Shown: positions 1 through 10,959 of the stretch, piece after piece
How positions within the stretch are numbered: the stretch's first letter is position 1
Layout: the number at the start of each line of letters is the position of its first letter
From: Eledone cirrhosa
Taxonomy: Eukaryota
Length of the DNA stretch: 64,000 nucleotides
Assembly: GCA_964016885.1 (NCBI GenBank)
Contig: OZ024749.1
Location: 19,902,001-19,966,000 of the forward strand
Reading direction: 5' to 3'
Notes under the pieces: model-generated
Databases searched by the model: none
The model's input: only the letters and a program-made list of their open reading frames with translations
What the model was told of the DNA's origin: nothing
Program-made: the position numbers and the translations under genes

Positions 1-5
1 TTTCC

Positions 6-172
6 TCAGTACGTCCTCATCAGATAAAATACATAAATTGATGTATGACATACCTCAACTGTACTGATGGTTCAATTCCAGTCTTGACTGCCAAGACTGG
101 AATTGAACCATCAGTACAGTTGAGGTATGTCAGACATCAATTTATGTATTTTATCTGATGAGGACGTACTGA
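6..172. repeat. Fold-back palindrome of a PLE pseudo-LTR fragment (81-bp arms, 5-nt loop)
   Basis: 6-86 is the reverse complement of 92-172 with one mismatch. The right arm runs into a hammerhead core. May continue beyond the window start. Confidence 0.9.
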
Positions 173-210
173 AAAAACAGCACAGTACCTCCGATATATA
201 TATAATAAAA
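149..210 (+). ncRNA. Minimal type I hammerhead ribozyme, probably inactivated (GAAA>GATA)
   Basis: TTTTAT-CTGATGA-stem II (GGAcGTACTG...CAGTACcTCC)-GATA-TATATA-TA-ATAAAA. Confidence 0.7.
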
Positions 211-268
211 CATATATTTTGATTATGTGAATGTATCCATTTATTAATATTTTGAATAATATATATAT

Positions 269-1739
269 ATGTATAGAGCTGATACCTCTAACAACTTTGA
301 CATCACAATGGGAGCATCCGATTCATCCCAATTGACAGATTTAATTGGTATCTTTATTTTGAACTCTTTGAATCGGAAAATTCCTCAACTTCGCGGTGGA
401 ATTTATCGTGACGATGGACTCTTTACTATCTTAAATTGCAACATAGTTAACCTTAACCTTAAAGAACAATATACGTAATCTCTTTAACCAACATAACTTA
501 AAAATTGAATTTGATAAAAGCATCAAACTAGCTAATTTCTTGGATGTATCTCTTAATCTTGACACTGGCCTATATTACCCTTACCATAAAAACAATGAGA
601 ACCTAAATTATGTTAATTTTAAATCTAACCACCCCACTAATATTAAGAATGCTATAGTTAGTAATATTGGAAAAAGAATATCTAACCTATCTTCTAATAA
701 AAACATCTTTGATGCTAACGCCAATTACTATAATAACGCGCTTTCTAAAGCCGGTTATCCTGATAAAATCAAATATAGTAAAGAAACAAATTCTAGAAGA
801 TCTTACAGTAGAATAATTAATCATGATCATTCCAATAACTTTAATAAAAGACCTAGATACAAAAACATAATCTGGTATAATGCTCCTTTCTCCATCTCTA
901 TTAATAATAATATTCCTAAATTATTCTTTAGTGCCTTAAATAAATGCTTCCCTCCCTCACATATCTATAGTAAAATATTTAACAAACACACTATAAAATT
1001 TTCCTATTCGACCTCCTCCAACATCTCCAACATTATCTCTAAACACAACAATAAAATACTAAATACTAAATCTCTTCCTTCGAACACTGAATATCATAAT
1101 AATAGTAATAGTACTCCCGACGTCATTGTAAACTCTAGGCTAATTTCTGCAAACCCAAATATGTCAAACGCAACTTCGTTAAATGTTCTTAATCCCATTC
1201 TAAATCAAGAAACTATTATTCCTATCGTAAATAACTTCTCCAATCCAATTCCTTCTATAGATAACACTAGGTCACTTGTTAATAACTCTGTTAATTTCTC
1301 TAATCGCAATTGTAATTGCCCTGTTAAAAATAAATGTCCTCTCAACAACCATTGTCTTGAAAAAAACTTAATCTACGAATGTAAAGTTATAACTGACACC
1401 AATTCCTTTACCTATTTTGGCTCCACTTCCACCTCCTTTAAAGCTCCTCTTTATAATCATCATTCGTCTTTTAAATACCAACTTAAAAGAACCAACACGG
1501 CACTCTCAGAACTCATATGGTCCTTGAAAGACAAAAATATTAACTATAACATCTCTTGGAAGAAGGTTTGTTCTGCTTCTCCATACTTGAATAGTTCTCT
1601 ATCCAAGACATGCAATCTCTGTTTATGTGAAAAATTTACCATTATATCTAATTTAGATTCTATAATAAATAGATGCACTGACTTGTTTTCTCTCTGCTTG
1701 CATAAATTCCACAGAACATTCCATAAAGTATACAGCTAA
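269..1739 (+). pseudogene. PLE RT/GIY-YIG endonuclease polyprotein fragment (frameshifted between 478 and 540)
   Basis: ORFs 269-478 and 540-1739 carry consecutive RT, thumb, linker and GIY-YIG segments. Confidence 0.85.
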
Positions 1740-2750
1740 TATCTAATACTTTACCAATTTAAAATCTTTTTCTCAAAGGCACATATATATATATACATAT
1801 ATATTTCTTTAAAAATATACCCATCTTTCTACCTTATTTCAATGTTATTTATTATACATTATATAATACTAGTTACTCATTCTATATCACTCCTATTTAT
1901 CACTTTCCTTTCTTTCTTTTTTCCTTTTTTCTTTTCTTTTTTTCTTTTTCTTTTAATTTTTAACCTCTAATCTGTACCTTTTCTTCCTAGATACTTCTCA
2001 ATTCTCATTATTACCCACCACAATATATTCTTACTTCATAATATCACCTTGAAAAAATCCTTCGTAAACATAAACATTTTTTTGACGTTAGATTATTCAT
2101 CCTCAATTCATTATTTTTTTCTCCCTTTCATGCTCATCTAACTTATACATATTACACTTATTCATCCACTCTTCTACTTCTTTTCACAATATATCCTTAA
2201 TTACATTACTATTGTTATATTTTTATATTTTTTAATAATACATATCAACAATTTCTTTCCATCACACATATTATTAAACCCTTCAATATACAAACCTTAA
2301 TTTAACATTATTCTAAAATTTTTCTCTTTGTTAATTTTCAAATTCTTTTAATTTATATATTATCTTCCAACAGTTTTTTTTAACCTCTCTATGTAAAACA
2401 ATATATTTTTCTCAGTTATAAAAGCTATCTCTCTCTCTCTATCACCCATCTCTCCTCCTATCTCATCCTTCCTCATTATACTCCTCCCCCTCCACTTTTT
2501 ACTCTCATCTCCTCCTCTTTTTCATCCTTTCCACCCCCCTCAATTTTATCAAAATATCACACATCAATCTAAAACTACTTTTCATATGTTGATTTAAAAC
2601 TGCACTATTCACAAGTGTGTTTTAACCTTCATATCATGTCTCCCTATTTTATCTGACGAAAACGCAAATGTTATTGCATGATGATATTTGTTTTTGAAAT
2701 GCGCATAATAAAATACATGGAACTCTTTTAACCATCTTTTGATCTTATAT
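271..2750 (+). mobile_element. Penelope-like element family 1, copy A (5'-truncated; resembles the Hydra clade)
   Basis: RT motifs FDITMGASDS / GGIYRDDGL, CNC-x5-CPL linker, GIY-YIG (LIYEC...TYFGST), CNLCLCEK. Followed by a long AT-rich 3' region ending in a hammerhead and (TA)n. Confidence 0.85.
2645..2715 (+). ncRNA. Minimal type I hammerhead ribozyme with an intact core
   Basis: Stem I TATTTTAT/ATAAAATA; CTGACGA at 2653-2659; stem II of about 16 bp with a GCAT loop; GAAA at 2696-2699; palindromic TGCGCA; TA cleavage site at 2706-2707. Confidence 0.85.
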
Positions 2751-2754
2751 ATAT

Positions 2755-4292
2755 ACGACACTGACTACCTAGACAGCCATGACCTTAGATGTTTCTGCCC
2801 TAGTAGACCTATAAGAGGTAGACCCCCCACCATAACCTCAATGGCTAAAAAGACTCCCATAGGAAGGTGGATTGGGTGGACCAAAGCTATACGGACCCCC
2901 CAAAACACTGATCAGGTAAGAAAAATGGTCGCACATGCAATAGGGGCTAGTATCAAAACTACCCTAAAGGGCCACATATTTAAGTTCAATGAGAAAATCT
3001 ACACCCAAAATGAGGGAGCAGCCATCGGCGTCAGCATAGCTGGTGATGTTGCCAACCTTTTCATGGTATGGTGGGAAAGGAGACTTAAAGATCTCCTTAA
3101 TGAAAGCTCCATAGACCTCATCATGTACTCTCGTTATGTAGACGATATCAATATAGTTATAAGAACACCCCCACTAGAGAGCACTAACAAGTTTGATTTA
3201 GAACGTAGCACAATGGAAAGCATCCAGCAGATAGCTAATTCCATACACCAGAGTATAACTGTAACTATAGACTTCCCTTCCAAACACCCTAACAATAGAC
3301 TACCTGTATTAGACACAGAACTCTGGATTAACACTATAGACGAGAGAGCCCAAATTCTCCACTCACACTATGCTAAACCCATGGCCTCCAAATACCTGAT
3401 ACTCAAAAACTCAGCAATGTCCAGTAGTGCTAAGTTTAATATTCTGATCGCAGATTTGGTACGAGTGATGAAGAATGTGTCCAGCATGTGCGACCCAACA
3501 GAAATGGAAGGACACATCCAACACTTCATCAACCGCATGCAGTTCTCTGGCTACAACCAAAGAGACAGAGTCAGAGTATACGAAGGAGCCATGGAAAAGT
3601 ATAAGACCCTCATAGAACTGGACATGAAAGGAATTTGCCCACTATACAGGAGCAAATCATGGAATAGCTTAGATAGGGCTAGACATAAGATAGGGAAGGC
3701 CACATCATGGTACGACAACCAGAGATATCAGAGTGTCATGTTTGTGGATGCCACCCCTGGAGGGAAATTAGCTAACCAGTGTAGAAAGGCCCTGAGAAAG
3801 ACCCACTTAAAAATAAAGGTGGTAGAAAAGCCAGGAACCACCATAAAATCCCTGATCAGCAAAACCTACCCTTTTAAGAAAACCCACTGTACTAATAGGA
3901 AATGTATCATATGTAAGGTGAACCCCCGGATAAACTGTAAAACCAGAAACGTAGTCTATAGCATAAGATGTACAGAGGGTACTTGCAGAAACATGACAAC
4001 AACATACATAGGTGAGACAGCTCGTAGCATAGGTGAAAGGATAGACCAACACTGGGGGGAACTAAAAGGACGAAAAAACGGGTCAGTACTATACGAACAT
4101 GCTAGACAACAACACGACGGTAACATAGACAACATAGAAATTAGAATAATATCTAAACATAGGAATGACCCAGCAGATAGGCAAATCAGAGAGGCCAGTG
4201 AAATAGAAATTAGAAGACCAAAGCTAAACAGAAAGAATGAGTGGAACAACAACAACACCCAAACAAACAACACTGATCTAAGAGAAGTATAA
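2755..4292 (+). CDS. PLE reverse transcriptase-GIY-YIG endonuclease (N-terminally truncated)
   Basis: GAAIG, YSRYVDD, Cys linker (C-x4-C-x2-C), VVYSIRC...YIGETARS..ER..H...H...H. Confidence 0.9.
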
Positions 4293-4427
4293 ATAAGTAA
4301 ATAAAATTAAATAAAATAAGATAAATAAATACATACACAAGCACATAAACACACACTAGTCACCCAGCAGACACAACACTATACACACTAGTCACACATC
4401 ACACATAACACTATACACACACGCAAA

Positions 4428-4522
4428 CGCATGCGCAAAGAAGACAAAATAAAATAAGATAAACAAACAAGCAAATAAATAAATAAATATATAGACAGAC
4501 TGAACAAAAAAAAAAAATGGCG
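4428..4522 (+). promoter_or_regulatory. Putative pLTR promoter: NRF1-like CGCATGCGCA and YY1-like AAAATGGCG
   Basis: Motifs at 4428-4437 and 4514-4522; same order in the family 3 pLTR despite little other similarity. Confidence 0.5.
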
Positions 4523-4562
4523 TAGACATACAACACAACAGGAGGAACAATGAATATAACAC

Positions 4563-4600
4563 CACTGACGATGTTGCAGATGTGCAACGAAAGATTTATG
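4563..4600 (+). ncRNA. Hammerhead-like core with weak stem I
   Basis: CTGACGA-T-GTTGCA(GATG)TGCAAC-GAAA-GATT-TA; only about 2 bp of stem I. Confidence 0.55.
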
Positions 4601-4817
4601 TAAATTATGTAAACTATATATATGTGTTTGTGTCTATATTGTATCTGTATTATTTTTGACCGCCGGTCAGTCAATGGCAACATTGAGGACCGAGTAAGTT
4701 AGATCGCAGATATATATATATAAAAGACAGCGAGAAGCGAAAACCAACCAAACAGTGAGTGTGTTCTGTTATTAATTCTGGCAATATTACGCAAATATGA
4801 CCCTCCCCAAATATAAC

Positions 4818-4848
<31 letters not shown>

Positions 4849-5070
4849 GAGGTGAGTTTTATTGTAGTACAATGAAATGCGCATAATAAAATACATGGAA
4901 CTCCTTTAACCATCTTTTGATCTTATATTATATATATATATATATATATTCATTAGTTAAGCAAAACAATACCACAAATTTCACAAGGAAGACATTATTA
5001 AAAGATTGTCAACATATTTTAGTTTGATGTAAGGAATGTAGAGAATATTAATAATAATATTAATAATAAT

Positions 5071-5197
5071 TGTTTCTACTTTAGGCACAAGGCCAGCAAT
5101 TATCCAGTGCATTACTGGAACTTTATTTTATCGACCCCGTAAGGATGAAAGGCAAAGTCAACCTCGGCGGGATTTGAACTAAGATCGTAAAGGGACG
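5071..5197 (-). mobile_element. 5'-truncated tRNA-derived SINE
   Basis: B-box GTTCAAATCC, body GCCTTTCATCCTTACGGGGTCGATAAAATAAAGT.CCAG; ~23-bp AT-rich TSD at 5048-5070 and 5198-5220. Confidence 0.75.
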
Positions 5198-5227
5198 TTA
5201 TTAATAATATTAATAATAATAATGTCC

Positions 5228-5347
5228 GTTTACAATTGTTTCGCTACTCCATATAATATTTCTGGATCAGATGACTATATATCATAATTGATCTGGTTCA
5301 GTTGAAAATAATTAACATATTTAAAAGACAGAGCGGCTCATCGGAAC
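5228..5347 (-). ncRNA. Minimal hammerhead ribozyme with long stem II (left inverted pLTR)
   Basis: GTT-CCGATGA-long hairpin-GAAA-CAATTG-TA-AAC on the minus strand. Confidence 0.7.
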
Positions 5348-5758
5348 TTCAAAGGAATATAAATTAAAATAATGAGAGAATGTTACATAATATAATGTTT
5401 CATATATTGGTTTTTACTATGGTGTCTTGGTTGCATCAGTTGTCAGCCATAATCAAGCAGTATTCATCTGTCGAGGCTGCATTGTGTGAGATCTACCTAT
5501 GGGTAACAAGATGGCTACCAAAGGGCATATTTACCTTACTAATTAGAGGGTGGTTTCAGGGGAAGTAACTCCTCGAGAGATTAGAAATTTTGGGTGTTTA
5601 TAGGTAAGTGCTAATTTTTTAATTTTGTTTAATTGAGAGACAATGTAGGGGAGGTAACTTATAATTATCGAGTTGTTCATAGCAATTTAACTTATTAGCT
5701 ACAAGTAAAATTAGCAACAACTATAAAAAAATTTAAAGATAGCCACCTCTTACATGTT

Positions 5759-7610
5759 ATGTCTGACAAAACTAAAAATCTATACACCATGACTCCTGAA
5801 ACTTACAACTCTTTCCTTCTTAAAGAACTCAATAAAAACTGTAAAAAAACTACACCCTCCAGTGTAAACGTACTTAACCGAAAAGCCCAGGCTTTGGTTA
5901 AGGACTTGCATCTGGATAGATTTACCCACCCTTATGTACCAACAACCCCAAGGTTCTCTCTCAAGGATCACAAGCCAAACTTCATAGAGAACCCATCTAT
6001 TAGACTCATAAGCCCAACCACATCTGACCTGGGCCGCATCAGTAAGAACATCCTTGATAGGATAGTCCCTGGGCTACGGGATGATACCACCTACAAGTTG
6101 TGGTCCAACACCGGCCAAGTCATTAGATGGTTCTCCGATCTAAGGTCCAAGCAATCTATGAGGTTCATCCAATTTGACATAGACGGCTATTACGCGTCAA
6201 TAACCCCAAAACTGCTCAACAAAGCTTTAGCCCTAGGCACCACCAACTCGGACATAACCAATAATGAGATTAACATCATACTTATGGCTAGGCAGACTAT
6301 CATTGAATTCAACGGAGCACTCTGGACTAGAAAAGATAGAACAGACAACTTTGACATTACGATGGGCTCAAGTGACTCCGCGCAAATCAACGATTTAGTT
6401 GGGATTTACCTATTACGTAACATCAGAGCCGAAATCCAACCCTTGCAAGGCGGAATATACAGGGACGACGCCCTATTTGCAGTCCACAATTGCACTAATC
6501 GGGGAATCGATTTGCTAAAGAAACAATTACATAGATTCTTTAAAAATAACGGTTTCTCTATCACCATCGAGCCGAACCATAAAGTAGTAAACTTCCTAGA
6601 CGTCACCCTGGATCTCAACAATAACCTATATTATCCTTACCACAAACCAGGTGAAATACTCACATATATTAGCCCACACTCTAACCACCCACCGGCAGTC
6701 ATCAGAGCAGTAATCAAATCTATCTCCTATAGGATCTCAATGCTATCAGAAAATGAGGAGATATTTATAAACCACGCACAATATTATAATAAGGCTCTCT
6801 CTGAATCTGGTTATGAACAATCAATTTATTACATACCTAAATGCCATAACACAGCAATTCACCATAATAAACTTAACACTAGAACTAGAAATACCTTAGC
6901 ATATAGCCAGATTCGCCGGAATTTTAGCAGTAACAGCACCTATACAGGGAACTTTAATGGTGGCAGCGGCCTGCTCCCCACTCCAAGTAGCAAACTAAAA
7001 ATCAACCCTAGAATAGGAATGAGAAATGAGATGACAAATAACAAACCCCCAGGTAATAATAACCCTAGGAAGGCCCCTACCAACTCCACTAGAACCCCTA
7101 GAAGGAATAGACCTAGAAATATCACCTGGCTTAACCCCCCATTCTCATCTAATCTAGCCACTAATATTCCCAAACGCTTCTTCTCTATCCTATCTAAACA
7201 TCCCCCCCCCCCTCCAACCATAGATATTACAAACTCTTTAATAAAAATAACATTAAAATCTTATTCTCCACAACACCTAACCTAGCTAGCCACATCGCAT
7301 TCAGTAACCATTATAAGCTAAGACAGTATAACTCCCACACCGCGGTACCACCACCCCTATCAAATGCACCATGCCACTACACCAATAATTACTCTAGTAG
7401 CACACCTCCCCCATCTAATCCTTCTAGCACGGACCTACCGCTTAGGTTAAACAACCCTACTCTCACTAACCGCAGAAGCAACTGCAACTGCCGTTACCCC
7501 AATACATGCCCATTAAATGGACACTGTCTGACACCCAACATAGTCTATAGGTGCACGGTTAAGACTGCTTCGAATACCAGCTCTTATATCGGGTCTACCT
7601 CTAACCCTTT
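5759..7610 (+). pseudogene. PLE RT (FDIDGYY, FDITMGSSDS, IYRDDAL) plus partial GIY-YIG; frameshift at the poly-C near 7202
   Basis: 508-aa ORF homologous to 269-1739; CNCRYPNTCPLNGHCL and IVYRC..YIGST follow in another frame. Confidence 0.88.
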
Positions 7611-7910
7611 AACTATGAACAACTCGATAATTATAAGTTACCTCCCCTACATTGTCTCTCAATTAAAAAAATTAAAAAATTAGCACTTAACTATAAACAC
7701 CCACAATTTCTAATCTCTCGAGGAGTTACTTCCCCTGAAACCACCCTCTAATTAGTAAGGTAAATATGCCCTTTGGCAACCATCTTGTTACCCATAGGTA
7801 GATCTCACACAATGCAGCCTTGACAGATGAATACTGCTTGGTTATGGCTGACAACTGATGCAACCAAGACACCAATATATGGAACATTATATTATGTAAC
7901 ATTCATTATT

Positions 7911-8008
7911 GCCGAGGTTGACTTTGCCTTTCATCCTTACGGGGTCGATAAAATAAAGTACCAGTAATGCACTGGGTAATTGCTGGCCTTGTGCCTAAAG
8001 TAGAAACA
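7911..8008 (+). mobile_element. 5'-truncated SINE, same subfamily as 5071-5197
   Basis: Differs from the other copy at 2 positions over 98 bp; ATTATT TSD at 7905-7910 and 8009-8014. Confidence 0.75.
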
Positions 8009-8034
8009 ATTATTTTAATTTATATTCCTTTGAA

Positions 8035-8154
8035 GTTCCGATGAGCCGCTCTGTCTTTTAAATATGTTAATTATTTTCAACTGAACCAGATCAATTATGA
8101 TATATAGTCATCTGATCCAGAAATATTATATGGAGTAGCGAAACAATTGTAAAC
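8035..8154 (+). ncRNA. Minimal hammerhead ribozyme with long stem II (right pLTR)
   Basis: GTT/AAC stem I; CCGATGA (U4C variant); GCCGCTCTGT/ATGGAGTAGC base of stem II; GAAA at 8140-8143; palindrome CAATTG; TA. Confidence 0.7.
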
Positions 8155-8480
8155 GGACATTATTATTATTAATATTATTATTATTATTCTCTACAATCCT
8201 TACATCAAACTAAAATATGTTGACAATCTTTTAATAATGTCTTCCTTGTGAAATTTGTGGTCTTGTTTTGCTTAACTAATGAATATTTACAGCTCTGCGC
8301 ACCTAACTTCTGCATGAACCCAGCCACCTAGCTGCTTTCTACTGCAGCATATTGCACATTGAGCACATGCCTTTATGCTTTGGCTTCTAACTAATTCACC
8401 AATCTCTCCTCTCCTATCTCCATCTCTCTCTTTAAGATTGGTTACTCTTGAACTGTGTATATATATATATATATATATAT

Positions 8481-9966
8481 CATCATCATCATCATCATCA
8501 ACGTTTAACGTCCATGTTCCACGCTTGCATGGGTTTGGACGGGGGTAGTCCCACTTGAGGCAAGAGTGATTGTCTTGCTCGCATAGGACTGTCTGGCAGG
8601 TTTTCTACAGTTGGATGCCCTTCCTAACACCAACCACATTTACAGTGTGGGTCTGGGAGGTTTTTACCGTGTTGCCTACACGGCCACATTACAGCGTGGA
8701 CTGTGTTATTTTGTCGTGACACCTACACGATCTCATTTGTTTCGGCCTGGATGGCGCGGCACCAACATAACTTTACATAGAACGGGGTGGTGTGGATGAG
8801 GTGGGGGTGGTGGCGGGACAGGGTGTATTTTGTTAGAGATGCCTACTGGCAAGGCGGGTCTTCTCTGTTACTGCCAAAGGTCTCGGTCCAGTGACATTGT
8901 CTTGGAGAGGTGTAAGTGTGTGAGGTCGGAGTTTATCAGCTCGTCCCAGGTTTTTCTAGGTCTGCCTATTCCGTGGCTACCGTCTATCTTTATTGCCCTG
9001 CACTTTGTTATACAGCTATCGACTTTCATGCGCATCACGTGTCCATACCAACGTAGCCTTCTCTCGAGTAAACAACATCTGATCCCTCTTATCTCTAATT
9101 TTTTCCTTAGTTCGTTTATGCTTTGCCGTTCACGTATATTACTGTTACACATCCAACGGAGCATGCAAGCTTCGTTCCTCTCTAGTCTGCGTATATCCTC
9201 TGCACACAATGCCCAGGTCTCACTGCCATGCAACATTGCTGTTCGTATGCAGGCATCGTACAACCTGCCTTTCATTTTTAGGGAGAACCCTTTAGCAGCT
9301 AATAGTGGTATAAGCTCTCTGAACTTTTTCCAACCAGTTCTGACTCTAGCTACAGTACTTTCAGAGCACCCTCCCCCACTGCTGATTTTATCGCCCAGGT
9401 AACGGAAGCTGTCCACTATTTCTATAGAACCCTCTGCGCAATTGAAAGAGCTAGTATTTTGTGGGCACTTGCTGCTACTTATTGCACCAGAACACCGGCC
9501 ACATGTAAAATCTATGTTCTTAGTTAGCTTACCTGTGATCCCACTACATCTTTTATGCACCCATACTTTGCATTTAGGACATAAAATGGAGTTTCTACCT
9601 ACGCCTTTCCTACACACCGAGCACGACCATTTCCCAGAAGGGACCGCCGCCTTGTTTTCTTTCCTACAAACTAGAACTTTGGTCTTAGCCAGGTTAATTT
9701 TAAGTCCTTTTGACTCTAGGCCGTGCTTCCATGTTTGGAATTTCTTCTCTAGCTCGGCCATTGATTCCGCTATGAGTGTCAGGTCGTCTGCGTATAGGAG
9801 TTCCCATGGGCAGCCTGTCTTGAACTCCTCTGTTATAGCCTGAAGGGCAATAATAAATAGTAGGGGGCTGAGAACAGAGCCCTGATGGACGCCAACTTTT
9901 ACGCTAAACTCTTCACTATATTCGTTGTTAATTCTAACCTTGCTGACTGTTTCTTTATACATGGCT

Positions 9967-9970
<4 letters not shown>
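8481..9970 (-). mobile_element. RTE-clade LINE family A (subfamily A1), 5'-truncated
   Basis: GVHQGSVLSPLLF, LLYADD, PHD-like insert, GSETW, RRLRWYGH, GRPRKTW; (GAT)n tail; (TA)n at both ends. Confidence 0.93.
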
Positions 9971-10039
<69 letters not shown>

Positions 10040-10389
10040 CATATATATATAACATATATAGTGTGAAGTGTGATGTACTGAATAAACTTTAATTTTTATA
10101 AAATGACCTTCCTAAACCATGTGGTGATTGTTAATGACTGCCAAGGAGAAGGGGAGATAATTCCAAGAAACTATGTGTGTGTGTGCATGTAACTATACAT
10201 ATACATACACTGACATCAACACACATACTCACAGATTGTGACACACATACACATACTGATACATACATCAGCACACTCACACACACAAACATCAATACAC
10301 TTGTGTATACTTGTGTGGCTAGAAAAATTCCCATTTCTGTTTGAAATGAAAATAGTGAGAATGAATCAATATTTCATAAAGTCTCTATG

Positions 10390-10423
<34 letters not shown>

Positions 10424-10485
10424 TACATACACATATATATACATATATATGTATATATATATATATACATACACATATATATACA

Positions 10486-10536
<51 letters not shown>

Positions 10537-10596
10537 GAATATATATACATATATACATATATATACATATATATATATACATATATATGTATATAT

Positions 10597-10650
<54 letters not shown>

Positions 10651-10693
10651 TTATATACATATATACATATATATACATATATATATATATAAT

Positions 10694-10758
<65 letters not shown>

Positions 10759-10760
10759 TA
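9970..10760. repeat. (TA)n / (TATACA)n microsatellite blocks
   Basis: Direct reading: 9970-10060 and 10388-10760. Confidence 0.9.
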
Positions 10761-10959
10761 TCACACACTCGGTATCTATCAGTCACTCTATCTATCATTA
10801 GCTCAGACGCCCCACCCCCCTCCCCATTCATTAGTTATTTATAAAACTCTCTAGCACCTTCAGACTACAAAGATTCACCAACAAGATTTTACACAACCGC
10901 AGCCATGGTTTTGGCACCTTCTTACCCATTCCTCACTCCAATTTTCATCACATCAAACT

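Larger units (their letters stand above)
2755..4820 (+). mobile_element. Penelope-like element family 2 (Neptune/Nematis-like, CCHH GIY-YIG), 5'-truncated, with 3' pseudo-LTR
   Basis: Uninterrupted RT (YVDD) to GIY-YIG ORF, then a ~530-bp pLTR ending TGACCCTCCCCAAATATAACAAT. (TA)n on both sides. Confidence 0.92.
4946..8286 (+). mobile_element. Penelope-like element family 1, copy B, flanked by inverted pseudo-LTRs
   Basis: 4946-5682 is the reverse complement of 7613-8286 apart from SINE insertions. The RT ORF lies between the arms. GIY-YIG is cut off after SYIGST (~7610). Confidence 0.9.

Noticed and set aside
9970-10055. N-terminal extension of the RTE ORF 8868-10055 (and the MILYIY start of ORF 2739)
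   Set aside because: Read-through into (TA)n flanks of 5'-truncated copies; not real starts
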